DNA of 64,000 nucleotides, taken from Nitrospinota bacterium (lineage in GTDB: Bacteria; UBA8248). The notes under the pieces are model-generated. The model was given only the letters and a program-made list of their open reading frames with translations. It was not told the origin of the DNA and did not search any database. The translations under genes were made by a program, and so were the position numbers. The stretch is taken from positions 575 to 64,574 of the forward strand of contig JAZAHK010000028.1 in the NCBI GenBank assembly GCA_036231405.1, written 5' to 3'. Of this stretch, positions 43,784 through 52,205 are shown piece after piece (position 1 is the first letter of the stretch; each line of letters starts with the position of its first letter).

Positions 43784-44959
43784 ATGTTTACAGCAACTAA
43801 AGATCGATCACTGCTTACTACCACTACGGGTGCCTTGCCACGTCCTACCTGGTATACTGAAAACCTTCGGGGGCAGCCATTATCCATAGGATTTTCACAG
43901 AAAGGTTATCGCGAACAACATTTTGATTGTCTCTCTTGTCATATTAGTGCGCAGAAGAGAGCAGGGATTGATATCTTTGTTGATGGTGATACAAGGCTCG
44001 ATGATGACGTCGCTGGTCGGAGCTGGGTGAGTTATGCCTATGAGCGGATAAAAGGTTTTGGTGTACCGGATATTTCTGTACAGCCCTATGCTGCAATGGC
44101 TGACAGTGGTCCTGGTGACTTCATATGGGAAGTTATAGAGACACGACTAACTCCTCATGTAGAGGATAAGATTGGTGAGACTTCGCTCCAACTCGATCGG
44201 GCATGGAAGGCGATTGCACCCATGACCAGTCGGCCCGTTAAGATTGGCTCAATCTCCGCCCAGGTTATTGCCCATATGTGCGTTAACGATCACTACACTA
44301 GCCGCTTTGACCTGCTAATGGCTTTATCGGAGGCATTGAATCATGAGTATCACGCTCTCGCCGATGCTGGAGCGCCAATTGTTCAAATAGAAGAACCCGC
44401 AATTCATCAATCGATGTACGCTCTCAACCCTGAAATTACTGCTGAACAGTATGTAGAAGCTTTTAACGTGGAAGTTGCTGGTTTGCGCGAAAAATGTGAA
44501 GTCTGGTGCCATGCTTGTTGGGGTAGCCCTGGTGCACAAAAAATGTTTCCTTCGGGAGCTTCCTACAAGGAGGCTCTACCATATTTTGATAAGCTCGACA
44601 TCGATGTCTTGACAGTCGAAGGTGCTACAAACGGCGGTATTGATGTCCCTCTATACGGTTCTATGATCTCCAAGGACAAAAAGATAGCGGTTGGAGTTAT
44701 CAGTCACCGCACAATGCAGATAGAAAGACCTGAAGAGGTTGCCAGTTTAATTCGTCTATGTCTCCAACATATTGAACCTGAGCGCTTGGTCCTCTCGAGT
44801 GATTGTGGATTTGGTCGTCAGTCAATGAGCCGTATGCATGCCTTCTATAAAATGGTGTCCCTGGTCCGGGGTGCAAATATTGTGCGTCGTGAGCTCGGAC
44901 TTGAGGAAGTTGCCGTTCCGGCAGCAGATCCCAACTTTTCTATGGTACCCATTCGTTAG
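43784..44959 (+). CDS. cobalamin-independent methionine synthase (MetE) C-terminal-domain-like / UroD-fold methyltransferase family protein
   Basis: Zn-ligand-like motifs VWCHACWG and LSSDCGFG as in Meth_synt_2. GC about 50%. Start set at the ATG at 43784. The track ORF starts at 43703. Confidence 0.65.
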   Translation: MFTATKDRSLLTTTTGALPRPTWYTENLRGQPLSIGFSQKGYREQHFDCLSCHISAQKRAGIDIFVDGDTRLDDDVAGRSWVSYAYERIKGFGVPDISVQPYAAMADSGPGDFIWEVIETRLTPHVEDKIGETSLQLDRAWKAIAPMTSRPVKIGSISAQVIAHMCVNDHYTSRFDLLMALSEALNHEYHALADAGAPIVQIEEPAIHQSMYALNPEITAEQYVEAFNVEVAGLREKCEVWCHACWGSPGAQKMFPSGASYKEALPYFDKLDIDVLTVEGATNGGIDVPLYGSMISKDKKIAVGVISHRTMQIERPEEVASLIRLCLQHIEPERLVLSSDCGFGRQSMSRMHAFYKMVSLVRGANIVRRELGLEEVAVPAADPNFSMVPIR

Positions 44960-44981
44960 TAATTGGTGTAAGAAAAAAATA

Positions 44982-45189
44982 ATATAGTAAGAGTTTAGAG
45001 AATCCTATCTTTCCCGAGCCAGAACTAATGAAGGCCCCAATTGTCTGGCTGATTTCCGATGCAACCAATGAAATTACAGGAATGCGTTATGATGCAAAGC
45101 CTTGGGACCCAAATAAACCTGCAGCCGAAGAAGCAGAACGAATTGGGGCTAAGGCAGGCGTTCTGCTCTACTCCATGCCAGACTACTAA
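44982..45189 (+). pseudogene. orphan 3' fragment of SDR gene (duplicate copy; last ~68 codons, ...KSLENPIFPEPELMKAPIVWLISDATNEITGMRYDAKPWDPNKPAAEEAERIGAKAGVLLYSMPDY*)
   Basis: Direct-repeat copy 2 (44982..45200) of the SDR 3' end. It has no 5' part or start codon. Confidence 0.85.
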
Positions 45190-45241
45190 GTGGGTTATCT
45201 GAAACATAGCTAACTACAAAATATGGTTGAATGATATGAAT

Positions 45242-46432
45242 TTACGGCAATCCACTTTGCTTAGAAAAAGTTTGCGTTAGTTCTAAAATATTTTCATCCA
45301 TTCCAGTGGATCCTAGAAATGATACTCCTACAGGGCAATCTTTAACTGTCAAAGCTGGCATAGATACTTGTGGAAATCCACCGAGACCAGCGATGCATGT
45401 TAATGCCATGGTTTTGGCTCTGAAGAGTTCAAGAGTTTTGCTGTCAGCTTGTTTTAGAGGAGCGATACAGGGTGCGGTTGGAAAAACAAGCACTGTTCCA
45501 GGTGGAATAATTTTGTCAATATGCTCCTTGATTTCGTTCCTTTTCTTCAGTGCTTCGTTAAATTCTGAATCAGTAATTGCTTCTGCAGTTTGAAATCGTT
45601 TATCTATACCCGGACCAAGGGAAGGATTATGTTCTCTGACCCATGGTAGATTGGTTATTTTAACTTCACCTGCTTGTATTATTCTGAACGTTTCCCACCA
45701 CTTATCGAGTCCTTCAGAAGAGACGGTAATTTGCTGGATATCTTTACCTAAAATCTCTTCAGTGAAATTTGTAAAAGCCAATTGGATTCCTGGGTCAGAG
45801 TTGTCGACGGCATCTTTGGCGACGATAATCCTGTTTATTGGTGTGTTTTCGCGTTTTCCTTTTAGTAATGAATGCCCAATTATAGGCATAAGGTTTGTTT
45901 TTGAGGAAAACCAACCTACTGTATCAAAGCTTGGTGCCATGGCACGTGCGCCATCAAGGCTTACACGTCCTATAGTAGGCCGAATCCCCCAAATTCCACA
46001 AAACGATGAAGGAATACGAACGGATCCCCCTGTGTCCGATCCTATTGAAAAATCTACAATCCCTGCTGCAACAGCTGCCGCTGAACCAGAAGATGAGCCA
46101 CCAGGTAATCGTTCGGGAGCTTTGCAATTAATCGGGGTGCCGTAATGTTTATTCGCACCTGTTAAGCTATAAAAAAACTCGTCGCAAATGTTCATTCCTA
46201 CTAAGGTTGCCCCGGAGTTTAATAGTTGAGTGATCGCTTTTGCGTTAACAGTAGAAGCCAGAGCGTGTTTATGAAATTCAGGGCTGCCATTTGAAGTTTT
46301 ATGTCCAATTACGTCGAATAGATCTTTCGCCATAAAATTAAGCCCAGCAAGGGGGCCAGTTTTTGAACCGGAAATAGGTTCTTTAAGGTTGTCTGGTACA
46401 AGACAGTTAACTGGATCTTCTAGAGGGAACAT
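45242..46432 (-). CDS. amidase-signature family amidase
   Basis: GGSSSGSAAAVAAGIVDFSIGSDTGGSVRIPSSFCGIWGIRPT, the AS signature with the Ser-cisSer-Lys triad. Confidence 0.85.
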   Translation of the reverse strand: MFPLEDPVNCLVPDNLKEPISGSKTGPLAGLNFMAKDLFDVIGHKTSNGSPEFHKHALASTVNAKAITQLLNSGATLVGMNICDEFFYSLTGANKHYGTPINCKAPERLPGGSSSGSAAAVAAGIVDFSIGSDTGGSVRIPSSFCGIWGIRPTIGRVSLDGARAMAPSFDTVGWFSSKTNLMPIIGHSLLKGKRENTPINRIIVAKDAVDNSDPGIQLAFTNFTEEILGKDIQQITVSSEGLDKWWETFRIIQAGEVKITNLPWVREHNPSLGPGIDKRFQTAEAITDSEFNEALKKRNEIKEHIDKIIPPGTVLVFPTAPCIAPLKQADSKTLELFRAKTMALTCIAGLGGFPQVSMPALTVKDCPVGVSFLGSTGMDENILELTQTFSKQSGLP

Positions 46433-47322
46433 TAAATTTTTGGTACCGGAATTTGGCCTGAAAACCAGTCAAGAATTTCTACGCCATCCCAGCATACTAC
46501 CCCAGGCTTAGAGAGGATTTTTTCAAAGGCCTCCCTAACATAAGGAATCCTATGTGGAGACCCAGAAAGGTATGTATGCATTGCTAAAGCCATAACTCTA
46601 GGTTGTCCATCTTCAGTTTCAGCATATATTGTGTCAAAATAGTCCAAGGCCCTATCTCGGTAGATGTGAGAGACGTTGTTTTGTATGTTCATCATTACAA
46701 TGTCATGAAGTTCATAATTATATGGAAGAGCTGCGACTGGTTTATGTTTAGTTCGTGCCCAGATGGGTTGGTCGTCTAAGACCCAGTCCCCTATATATTC
46801 GATCCCAGCTTCTGAAAGATGGTCTAAGGTGTCAAATGTTTGTGTTAGCCCAGGACCAAACCAACCCCGAGGCTGTGTGCCGGTAAAGTTTTTGATAACA
46901 TGCAATGAATGATCAATTACACTTCGTTCGTCTTCGAGTTTGTGCATTGGTAACTGCTCGTACGAATGTGCATTGAATTCCCATCCAGATTCAAGGCATG
47001 CCCCGGCAACTGCAGGATATTCTTCGCAAACTCGTGCATTTAGGGTTACCGTAGGTCTAATTCCCAAGTCATCCATCATTCTCTTTAAGCGCCAGAACCC
47101 CACGCGCATGCCGTATTCGTGCCAGGACCAATTTGGATGGTCAGGTGTCATTGGCAGACCTTGTGGTGGAGAAATTACCATTCGTGCCATAGCACGATCA
47201 ATATTCCAGACTTCAAGAGCAAGTATTGGCCAAATAATTACACGTCCATTGTCTGGCAAAGATAGTTGCTGCCTGCTCTCTATTGTTGAATAATCGATCC
47301 TTTCACTTGGCTTCATTTCCAC
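46432..47322 (-). CDS. polysaccharide deacetylase family protein (PuuE/allantoinase-like)
   Basis: 296-aa ORF. Its start overlaps the amidase stop by 1 nt. Deacetylase-like NodB pattern (TLDHLSEAGIEYIGDW...). Confidence 0.6.
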   Translation of the reverse strand: MEMKPSERIDYSTIESRQQLSLPDNGRVIIWPILALEVWNIDRAMARMVISPPQGLPMTPDHPNWSWHEYGMRVGFWRLKRMMDDLGIRPTVTLNARVCEEYPAVAGACLESGWEFNAHSYEQLPMHKLEDERSVIDHSLHVIKNFTGTQPRGWFGPGLTQTFDTLDHLSEAGIEYIGDWVLDDQPIWARTKHKPVAALPYNYELHDIVMMNIQNNVSHIYRDRALDYFDTIYAETEDGQPRVMALAMHTYLSGSPHRIPYVREAFEKILSKPGVVCWDGVEILDWFSGQIPVPKI

Positions 47323-47528
47323 AGGCTCCTTTATCCGATTTGAAATTCAAAGGGGTGTTCATGGCCCACATTTTGTATCTAGCGTCTATGAATTCGGTAT
47401 ACATGATGCAAGGCAAATTTACAATCACTTATAGTTTTTTTTGATGTGGTGATGTACATGTTATGGCAATAGTTGCTGTAATTCATTGAATAGGATGAAT
47501 AGTAAATTAAATGGGATAATTTTTTTAT

Positions 47529-48074
47529 ATGAAAAACGGGTTAGTGGTTGGGGTTTTCAGAAAAAAAGATCATAGCTTTTCGAAAGATGCTCAAAAAGAG
47601 TTGTCCTTAGTGGAAGGAAAGGGTGTTGAAGGAGATGCTCATTTTGGTGAAACCGTAAAGCATAGGTCGCGCGTTGCAGAAAATCCGAACCAACCAAATC
47701 TTCGACAAGTCCATTTGCTACCTATGGAGTTGTTAGAGGAATTGGAACGTGAAGGTTATAGCGTCAACCCTGGAGAATTAGGAGAGAATATTACTACGAA
47801 AGGGGTCGATCTTATAGAATTGCCGCTCGGTACACTTCTAAAGATTGGAGAAAGTGTTTCTTTGGAAGTTACTGGTTTGCGAGATCCATGTTACCAAATT
47901 GACAATTTCAAGAAGGGTTTGTTAAGTAAAGTTGTTTGCTGTGATGATGATGGAAACTTGGTTTTAAAAACAGGTGTTATGACTGTAGTGTTAAAGGGTG
48001 GACAGATAAAACCAAACGACAAAATTATCGTTAAATTACCTGAAAAACCCTTTGAAAAATTAGAGATAGTTTGA
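47529..48074 (+). CDS. MOSC-domain protein (YiiM-like)
   Basis: GVEGDAHFG ... GELGENITTKGVDL ... GLRDPCYQID, a MOSC beta-barrel with conserved Cys. Confidence 0.75.
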   Translation: MKNGLVVGVFRKKDHSFSKDAQKELSLVEGKGVEGDAHFGETVKHRSRVAENPNQPNLRQVHLLPMELLEELEREGYSVNPGELGENITTKGVDLIELPLGTLLKIGESVSLEVTGLRDPCYQIDNFKKGLLSKVVCCDDDGNLVLKTGVMTVVLKGGQIKPNDKIIVKLPEKPFEKLEIV

Positions 48075-48093
48075 CTGAATTGGATGTTTTTAA

Positions 48094-49284
48094 ATGTCAG
48101 ATAAAGAAACCCCCATTTTGAGTGTAGGTCAACTTGTCACCTTAGATATAGGTCCCGTTGCACATGGAGGTCATTTTATTGCTCGACATAATGGGAGGGT
48201 AATCTTTGTCAGGCATGCAATTTCGGGAGAAAAAACCGTTGTTCGAATTACTTCCGTTACTTCTAAACTAGCTCATGGTGATGCTGTAGAAATACTTGTA
48301 CCTTCTAAAGATCGTGTTTCTGCTCCTTGTGTATATGCAGTTCCCGGTGGTTGCGGCGGCTGTGATTTTCAACATGTCTCGATAGAAGCACAAAGGGATC
48401 TGAAAAAATTTATTATACAAGATCAATTCAAGCGAATTGCGAAAATGGATGTAAATCCAGAGTTTATTCATGTTGAGCCTGAAACGGGATTACACTGGCG
48501 AACTCGTTTTGATTTGTCTGTTTCACGAAATGGGAAAGCTGGTTTATTTTCTCATAGAACAAAAGAAGTGCAAGAAATAGACAAATGCTTGATAGCTGTT
48601 GATACAATTAATGCATCGGATTTGTTTTCTCGTAATTGGAAGGGCGACGAAAGATTACGTGTGTCGGTATCCAGTTTGAATCAAATAAATATAAATCGAG
48701 CAGGTAGAAGTATTTCTGGTCCCACCCAACTGCATGAAGTTGTCGAGGATTATCGTTACACCATTTCCCCTGAAAGTTTTTGGCAAAGTCATAAGAATGC
48801 TCCGCGCATATTGCTTGAATTAGCAATGAAATTTATGGATTTAAAATCAGGAGATCGAGTTTGCGATTTGTATGGTGGAGCTGGTTTTTTCACTTTACCC
48901 ATATCAAAAAATATTGGTGATGCTGGAGAAGTCCACTTAATCGAAAGTGATAAAAGATGTATTCAAGATGCAAAAAAAATGTTTAAAAAAAATAAAAATA
49001 TAATAATTCATGCAGGAAAAGTTGAGGAAAAATTATCAAATATTAATGATATAGATCTTATTCTATTGGATCCTCCTAGAAACGGTGCTGGGAACAAAAT
49101 CATAAGTGAAATTATAGAGAAAAAACCAAGATCTATTCTTTATATTTCATGTGATCCTGCTTCATTAGCAAGAGATGCAAAGCTTTTGATCGATGACTCA
49201 TATTCTTTAGAGCAAATTACTGGGATCGATTTATTCCCCATGACTCATCATATTGAGTGTGTATCTTGTTTTAGTCGAAAGTAA
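48094..49284 (+). CDS. TRAM-domain class-I SAM-dependent RNA (uracil-5) methyltransferase (RlmD/RumA-like)
   Basis: N-terminal TRAM OB-fold. Cys cluster PCVYAVPGGCGGCDFQH. C-terminal DLYGGAGFFTL...LDPPRNGAG motifs. Confidence 0.8.
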   Translation: MSDKETPILSVGQLVTLDIGPVAHGGHFIARHNGRVIFVRHAISGEKTVVRITSVTSKLAHGDAVEILVPSKDRVSAPCVYAVPGGCGGCDFQHVSIEAQRDLKKFIIQDQFKRIAKMDVNPEFIHVEPETGLHWRTRFDLSVSRNGKAGLFSHRTKEVQEIDKCLIAVDTINASDLFSRNWKGDERLRVSVSSLNQININRAGRSISGPTQLHEVVEDYRYTISPESFWQSHKNAPRILLELAMKFMDLKSGDRVCDLYGGAGFFTLPISKNIGDAGEVHLIESDKRCIQDAKKMFKKNKNIIIHAGKVEEKLSNINDIDLILLDPPRNGAGNKIISEIIEKKPRSILYISCDPASLARDAKLLIDDSYSLEQITGIDLFPMTHHIECVSCFSRK

Positions 49285-49291
49285 TTCCTCT

Positions 49292-49918
49292 TCAAATGAG
49301 ACTTGCCATTTTTTGAACATACGCCTGTAAGTCTTCTGGTTTCGCGCTTGCTCTTCCCCCTCGAGCTTGTACTTCTTCTCCTTCAAGTTCGATTTGTAAA
49401 GAATCCATGAAACGATTCATTAAACCACGGAAACAAGCCACCATGGTGATTTCTACAATTTCTGCCGAATTAAAGTGTTTGGAAAGTTTTTCATAGGTTT
49501 CGTCGTCATATCTTGCGGTGTTCCAAGTGACTAGTTCTGCCCATTTGATGACAGATTTCTCACGGTCATCAAAGAGAGGACTTTCTAGATAATTGTCCCC
49601 ACTTAAAGTGTCAAGTTGTTCTTCCGTCCAGCCCGCAGTTCGCCCAACTAGGCGATTGTGTTTTGTTCAATACTGACACTCGTTAAGGGTAGATACTTTG
49701 ATCATAGCTAATGCTCGTATTTTGCCATCGAGTTTGCATCCTAGGTCATCTTTTTGAAGCACAGTTTGTAATGGAAGAAGAAATTTTAAAATTGCGGGGG
49801 AATGGGCAAATGTGCGCATCGAATTGGCAACCCTTCCATTAATATTATCTGCAGTTTCGAATGCGTTTCGTATATCAGGGTTATCTGCGTTATCTTGGAT
49901 AAAAGGTAATCTTGCCAT
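49292..49918 (-). CDS. AhpD/carboxymuconolactone-decarboxylase-family protein with in-frame TGA at the catalytic Cys position. Candidate selenoprotein (CxxU).
   Basis: The track ORF 49667..49918 ends ...LNECQY at a TGA (49667..49669). Manual translation continues in frame for 124 more codons, TKHNRLVGRTAGWTEEQLDTL...DREKSVIKWAELVTWNTA...VQKMASLI*, to the stop at 49292..49294. Conservation continues after the TGA and matches the paralog at 52206..52862. Confidence 0.7.
49640..49655 (-). promoter_or_regulatory. hairpin 11 nt downstream of the in-frame UGA. Candidate bacterial SECIS element.
   Basis: The mRNA reads UGA-ACAAAACACAA-UCGCC UAGUUG GGCGA. It has a 5-bp GC-rich stem, a 6-nt loop containing GU, and the canonical 11-nt spacing. 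Confidence 0.4.
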
Positions 49919-50044
49919 AAATATTCTCCTCTTTGATTTGTGAGAAATTAGGGTAGCTTTGATATACTAATTCATCAAGAGAAACTATTGTGAAATATTA
50001 AAAAGATAAGGATGTAGAATAATTATAGAAAAAGGTTTTTTGAA

Positions 50045-50449
50045 ATGGGATATGTAGATAAGACTTTGGCTGAAAACGAAAAAATAGTTTTCCGTTTGAA
50101 ATATCATTGGTCCTATACTCTCACGGCATTCTTATGGCTTCTTTTTTTTGGTTTGTTAATAATAGGAGTCATTCAATTTCTAAGAATGATGATTAATAAA
50201 TGGACAACAGAAAGGGTTCTTACTGCATTCAGGCTTATTAAAAAGACGGGTTGGATAAGCAGGAAAATCGAAAAAATTCGTGTAGCTAGAATGGAAGAAA
50301 TTAATCTTAGTCAATCATTCTGGGGGCGTATTTTTGGAGTGGAAAAAGTGAAAGTTACTGGAGCAGGTCGTGGTACTGTTGATTTGGTTTGGTTATCCGA
50401 TCCTATTGGATTTCAAAAAACTCTAAACAACGCTAAATTCAAAAGCTAA
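50045..50449 (+). CDS. bacterial PH-domain (bPH_2/YdbS-like) membrane protein
   Basis: 134 aa. Two TM segments followed by a PH-like region. Confidence 0.5.
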   Translation: MGYVDKTLAENEKIVFRLKYHWSYTLTAFLWLLFFGLLIIGVIQFLRMMINKWTTERVLTAFRLIKKTGWISRKIEKIRVARMEEINLSQSFWGRIFGVEKVKVTGAGRGTVDLVWLSDPIGFQKTLNNAKFKS

Positions 50450-50482
50450 AAAAACAAAACCTTTATTTTCAAAGGAGATTTA

Positions 50483-51271
50483 ATGGATTGTCGAATGGAT
50501 GGTCGTAATGCTCTAATAACGGGAAGCAGCCGGGGCCTAGGGCGTGCGATGGCTTTGAACTTTGCTTCTTCTGGTGCGAATGTTGTGATTTGTGGAAGGC
50601 GAAGTGATGTTCTCAATAAAACACGAAAAGAAATTGAAAACATTTCTAATAACAAGGTCGTTGCTATTACTGCCGATGTTAGTACGGCAGATGGTGTGAA
50701 TTCTTTAATTAAAAGTGCTCAAGAAAAATTGGGTGATATAGATATTTTGGTTAATAACGCGGGCATTTCAAAACACGGGCCTTTCATAGAAATTACAGAT
50801 GAAGAGTGGACACAGGATTTTGAACTTAAGGTTTTTGGTGCGATTCGAAGTTGTCGATTACTTTTCCCAGGAATGGTAGAGAGGAAATGGGGAAGGATCA
50901 TCAACGTACTCAACCTTGGTGCAAAGGCTCCTCCTGCACTAGGTGCTCCAACAGCTGTTTCGCGTGCAGCAGGTATGGCGATTACAAAGGTGTTATCCAA
51001 GGAAGGTGCTCCGTATAATGTTCTTGTGAATGCATTGTTGGTTGGTCGTATTGAAAGCGATCAGTGGCTTAATCGATGGGAAAAGTCGGATCAATCGATT
51101 TCATATGATGAATATTTAGAGGACATGGCGAATCAACTGAATTTACCTATGGGAAGAGTGGGTACTGCAGAAGAATTTGGAAATTTAGCGAGTTTTTTAT
51201 GTTCGGAAGCAGGTTCCTACATTAGTGGAGTAGCGATTAATGTCGATGGCGGTACAAGTTCAGTCGTTTAG
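50483..51271 (+). CDS. SDR-family oxidoreductase
   Basis: ITGSSRGLGRAMA glycine-rich motif. NNAG. Confidence 0.85.
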   Translation: MDCRMDGRNALITGSSRGLGRAMALNFASSGANVVICGRRSDVLNKTRKEIENISNNKVVAITADVSTADGVNSLIKSAQEKLGDIDILVNNAGISKHGPFIEITDEEWTQDFELKVFGAIRSCRLLFPGMVERKWGRIINVLNLGAKAPPALGAPTAVSRAAGMAITKVLSKEGAPYNVLVNALLVGRIESDQWLNRWEKSDQSISYDEYLEDMANQLNLPMGRVGTAEEFGNLASFLCSEAGSYISGVAINVDGGTSSVV

Positions 51272-51390
51272 TACTAATTTATAGTCTAATTGATAAGGTT
51301 TATAGATTTTCAATAAAAATACATTGAACTGAAACAAAGAAATAGAACAATAAATCCTCATGAAAAAAACGAAGTAAGAGGGAGAAAAAT

Positions 51391-52146
51391 ATGGGTGAAT
51401 TAGAAAGAAAGGTAGCTCTTGTAACTGGTGCATCTCGAGGAATCGGACGAGCGGTTTCCATTCGTTTAGCTTCTGAGGGTGCTTCGATATATTTGGCAGC
51501 TGATGGTACCGAAGAGGAATTGTCAGAAACGGAAAGAGAATGTCATAAGGCAGGCGCAGTTAATGTTGCTTGGGGCATTCACGACATATCGAGTTCTGGA
51601 GAAGCAGAACTCATGGTTTTAGATGCTCATAAACGTATGGGTCGAATTGATATTCTCGTTAATAATGCAGGGATCAGGGTTCGGAAAAGTTTTGGTGATT
51701 TTTCTCAAGATGAATTTGATCGAGTTGTAGCAGTGAATCTCCGCGCACCTTTCATGGCAAGTCAGGCAGTAGTTTCCATTATGAAATCTCAGGGCGGTGG
51801 ACATATTATTCATATGGCTAGTCAACTGGGTATTGTAGCTTCTCGTTATGGTTCAGTTTATAGCCTTACTAAGGCAGGTCTGATCCAACTTACTCGTTCG
51901 ATGGCTCTTGAATTAGGGAAGGAAGGTATATCGGTAAATGCTATTTGCCCTGGTCCTATTTCGACTGATGGATTTATGGCAAATCGAAATCCTGGGGAAC
52001 TTGAACAACGTGCGCGTGATGTCCCTATAGGACGTTTTGGTACGGTAGAAGAGGTTGCCGCTATGGTTTCTTTTCTCGTTTCTAAAGATGCGGCTTTCAT
52101 TTTAGGTCATGCTTTGGTTATGGATGGAGGATATGTTGTTCACTAG
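51391..52146 (+). CDS. SDR-family oxidoreductase
   Basis: VTGASRGIGRAV. NNAG. YSLTKAGL catalytic YxxxK. Confidence 0.85.
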   Translation: MGELERKVALVTGASRGIGRAVSIRLASEGASIYLAADGTEEELSETERECHKAGAVNVAWGIHDISSSGEAELMVLDAHKRMGRIDILVNNAGIRVRKSFGDFSQDEFDRVVAVNLRAPFMASQAVVSIMKSQGGGHIIHMASQLGIVASRYGSVYSLTKAGLIQLTRSMALELGKEGISVNAICPGPISTDGFMANRNPGELEQRARDVPIGRFGTVEEVAAMVSFLVSKDAAFILGHALVMDGGYVVH

Positions 52147-52205
52147 TAAATTATAAATAGGAGAAAAGGATGTTCTTGATATAGATTAATAAAAGGAGAT
52201 ATGGA

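Noticed and set aside
31321-47322. Integrase, transposase, phage or plasmid genes as the vehicle for the mosaic region
   Set aside because: I looked at every ORF of 60 aa or more in the region and found none with recombinase, DDE-transposase or relaxase features. The insertions appear to be recombination scars without resident mobility genes.
49667-49918. Track ORFs 49667..49918 and 52206..52454 interpreted as short stand-alone 82-83-aa genes or as nonsense-truncated pseudogenes
   Set aside because: In both cases the reading frame stays open and protein-like for about 125 more codons after the TGA. The two copies align across the TGA. The TGA falls exactly at the redox-active Cys column of the AhpD motif. 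Independent nonsense mutations at the same catalytic codon in two paralogs with preserved downstream frames are far less likely than Sec decoding.
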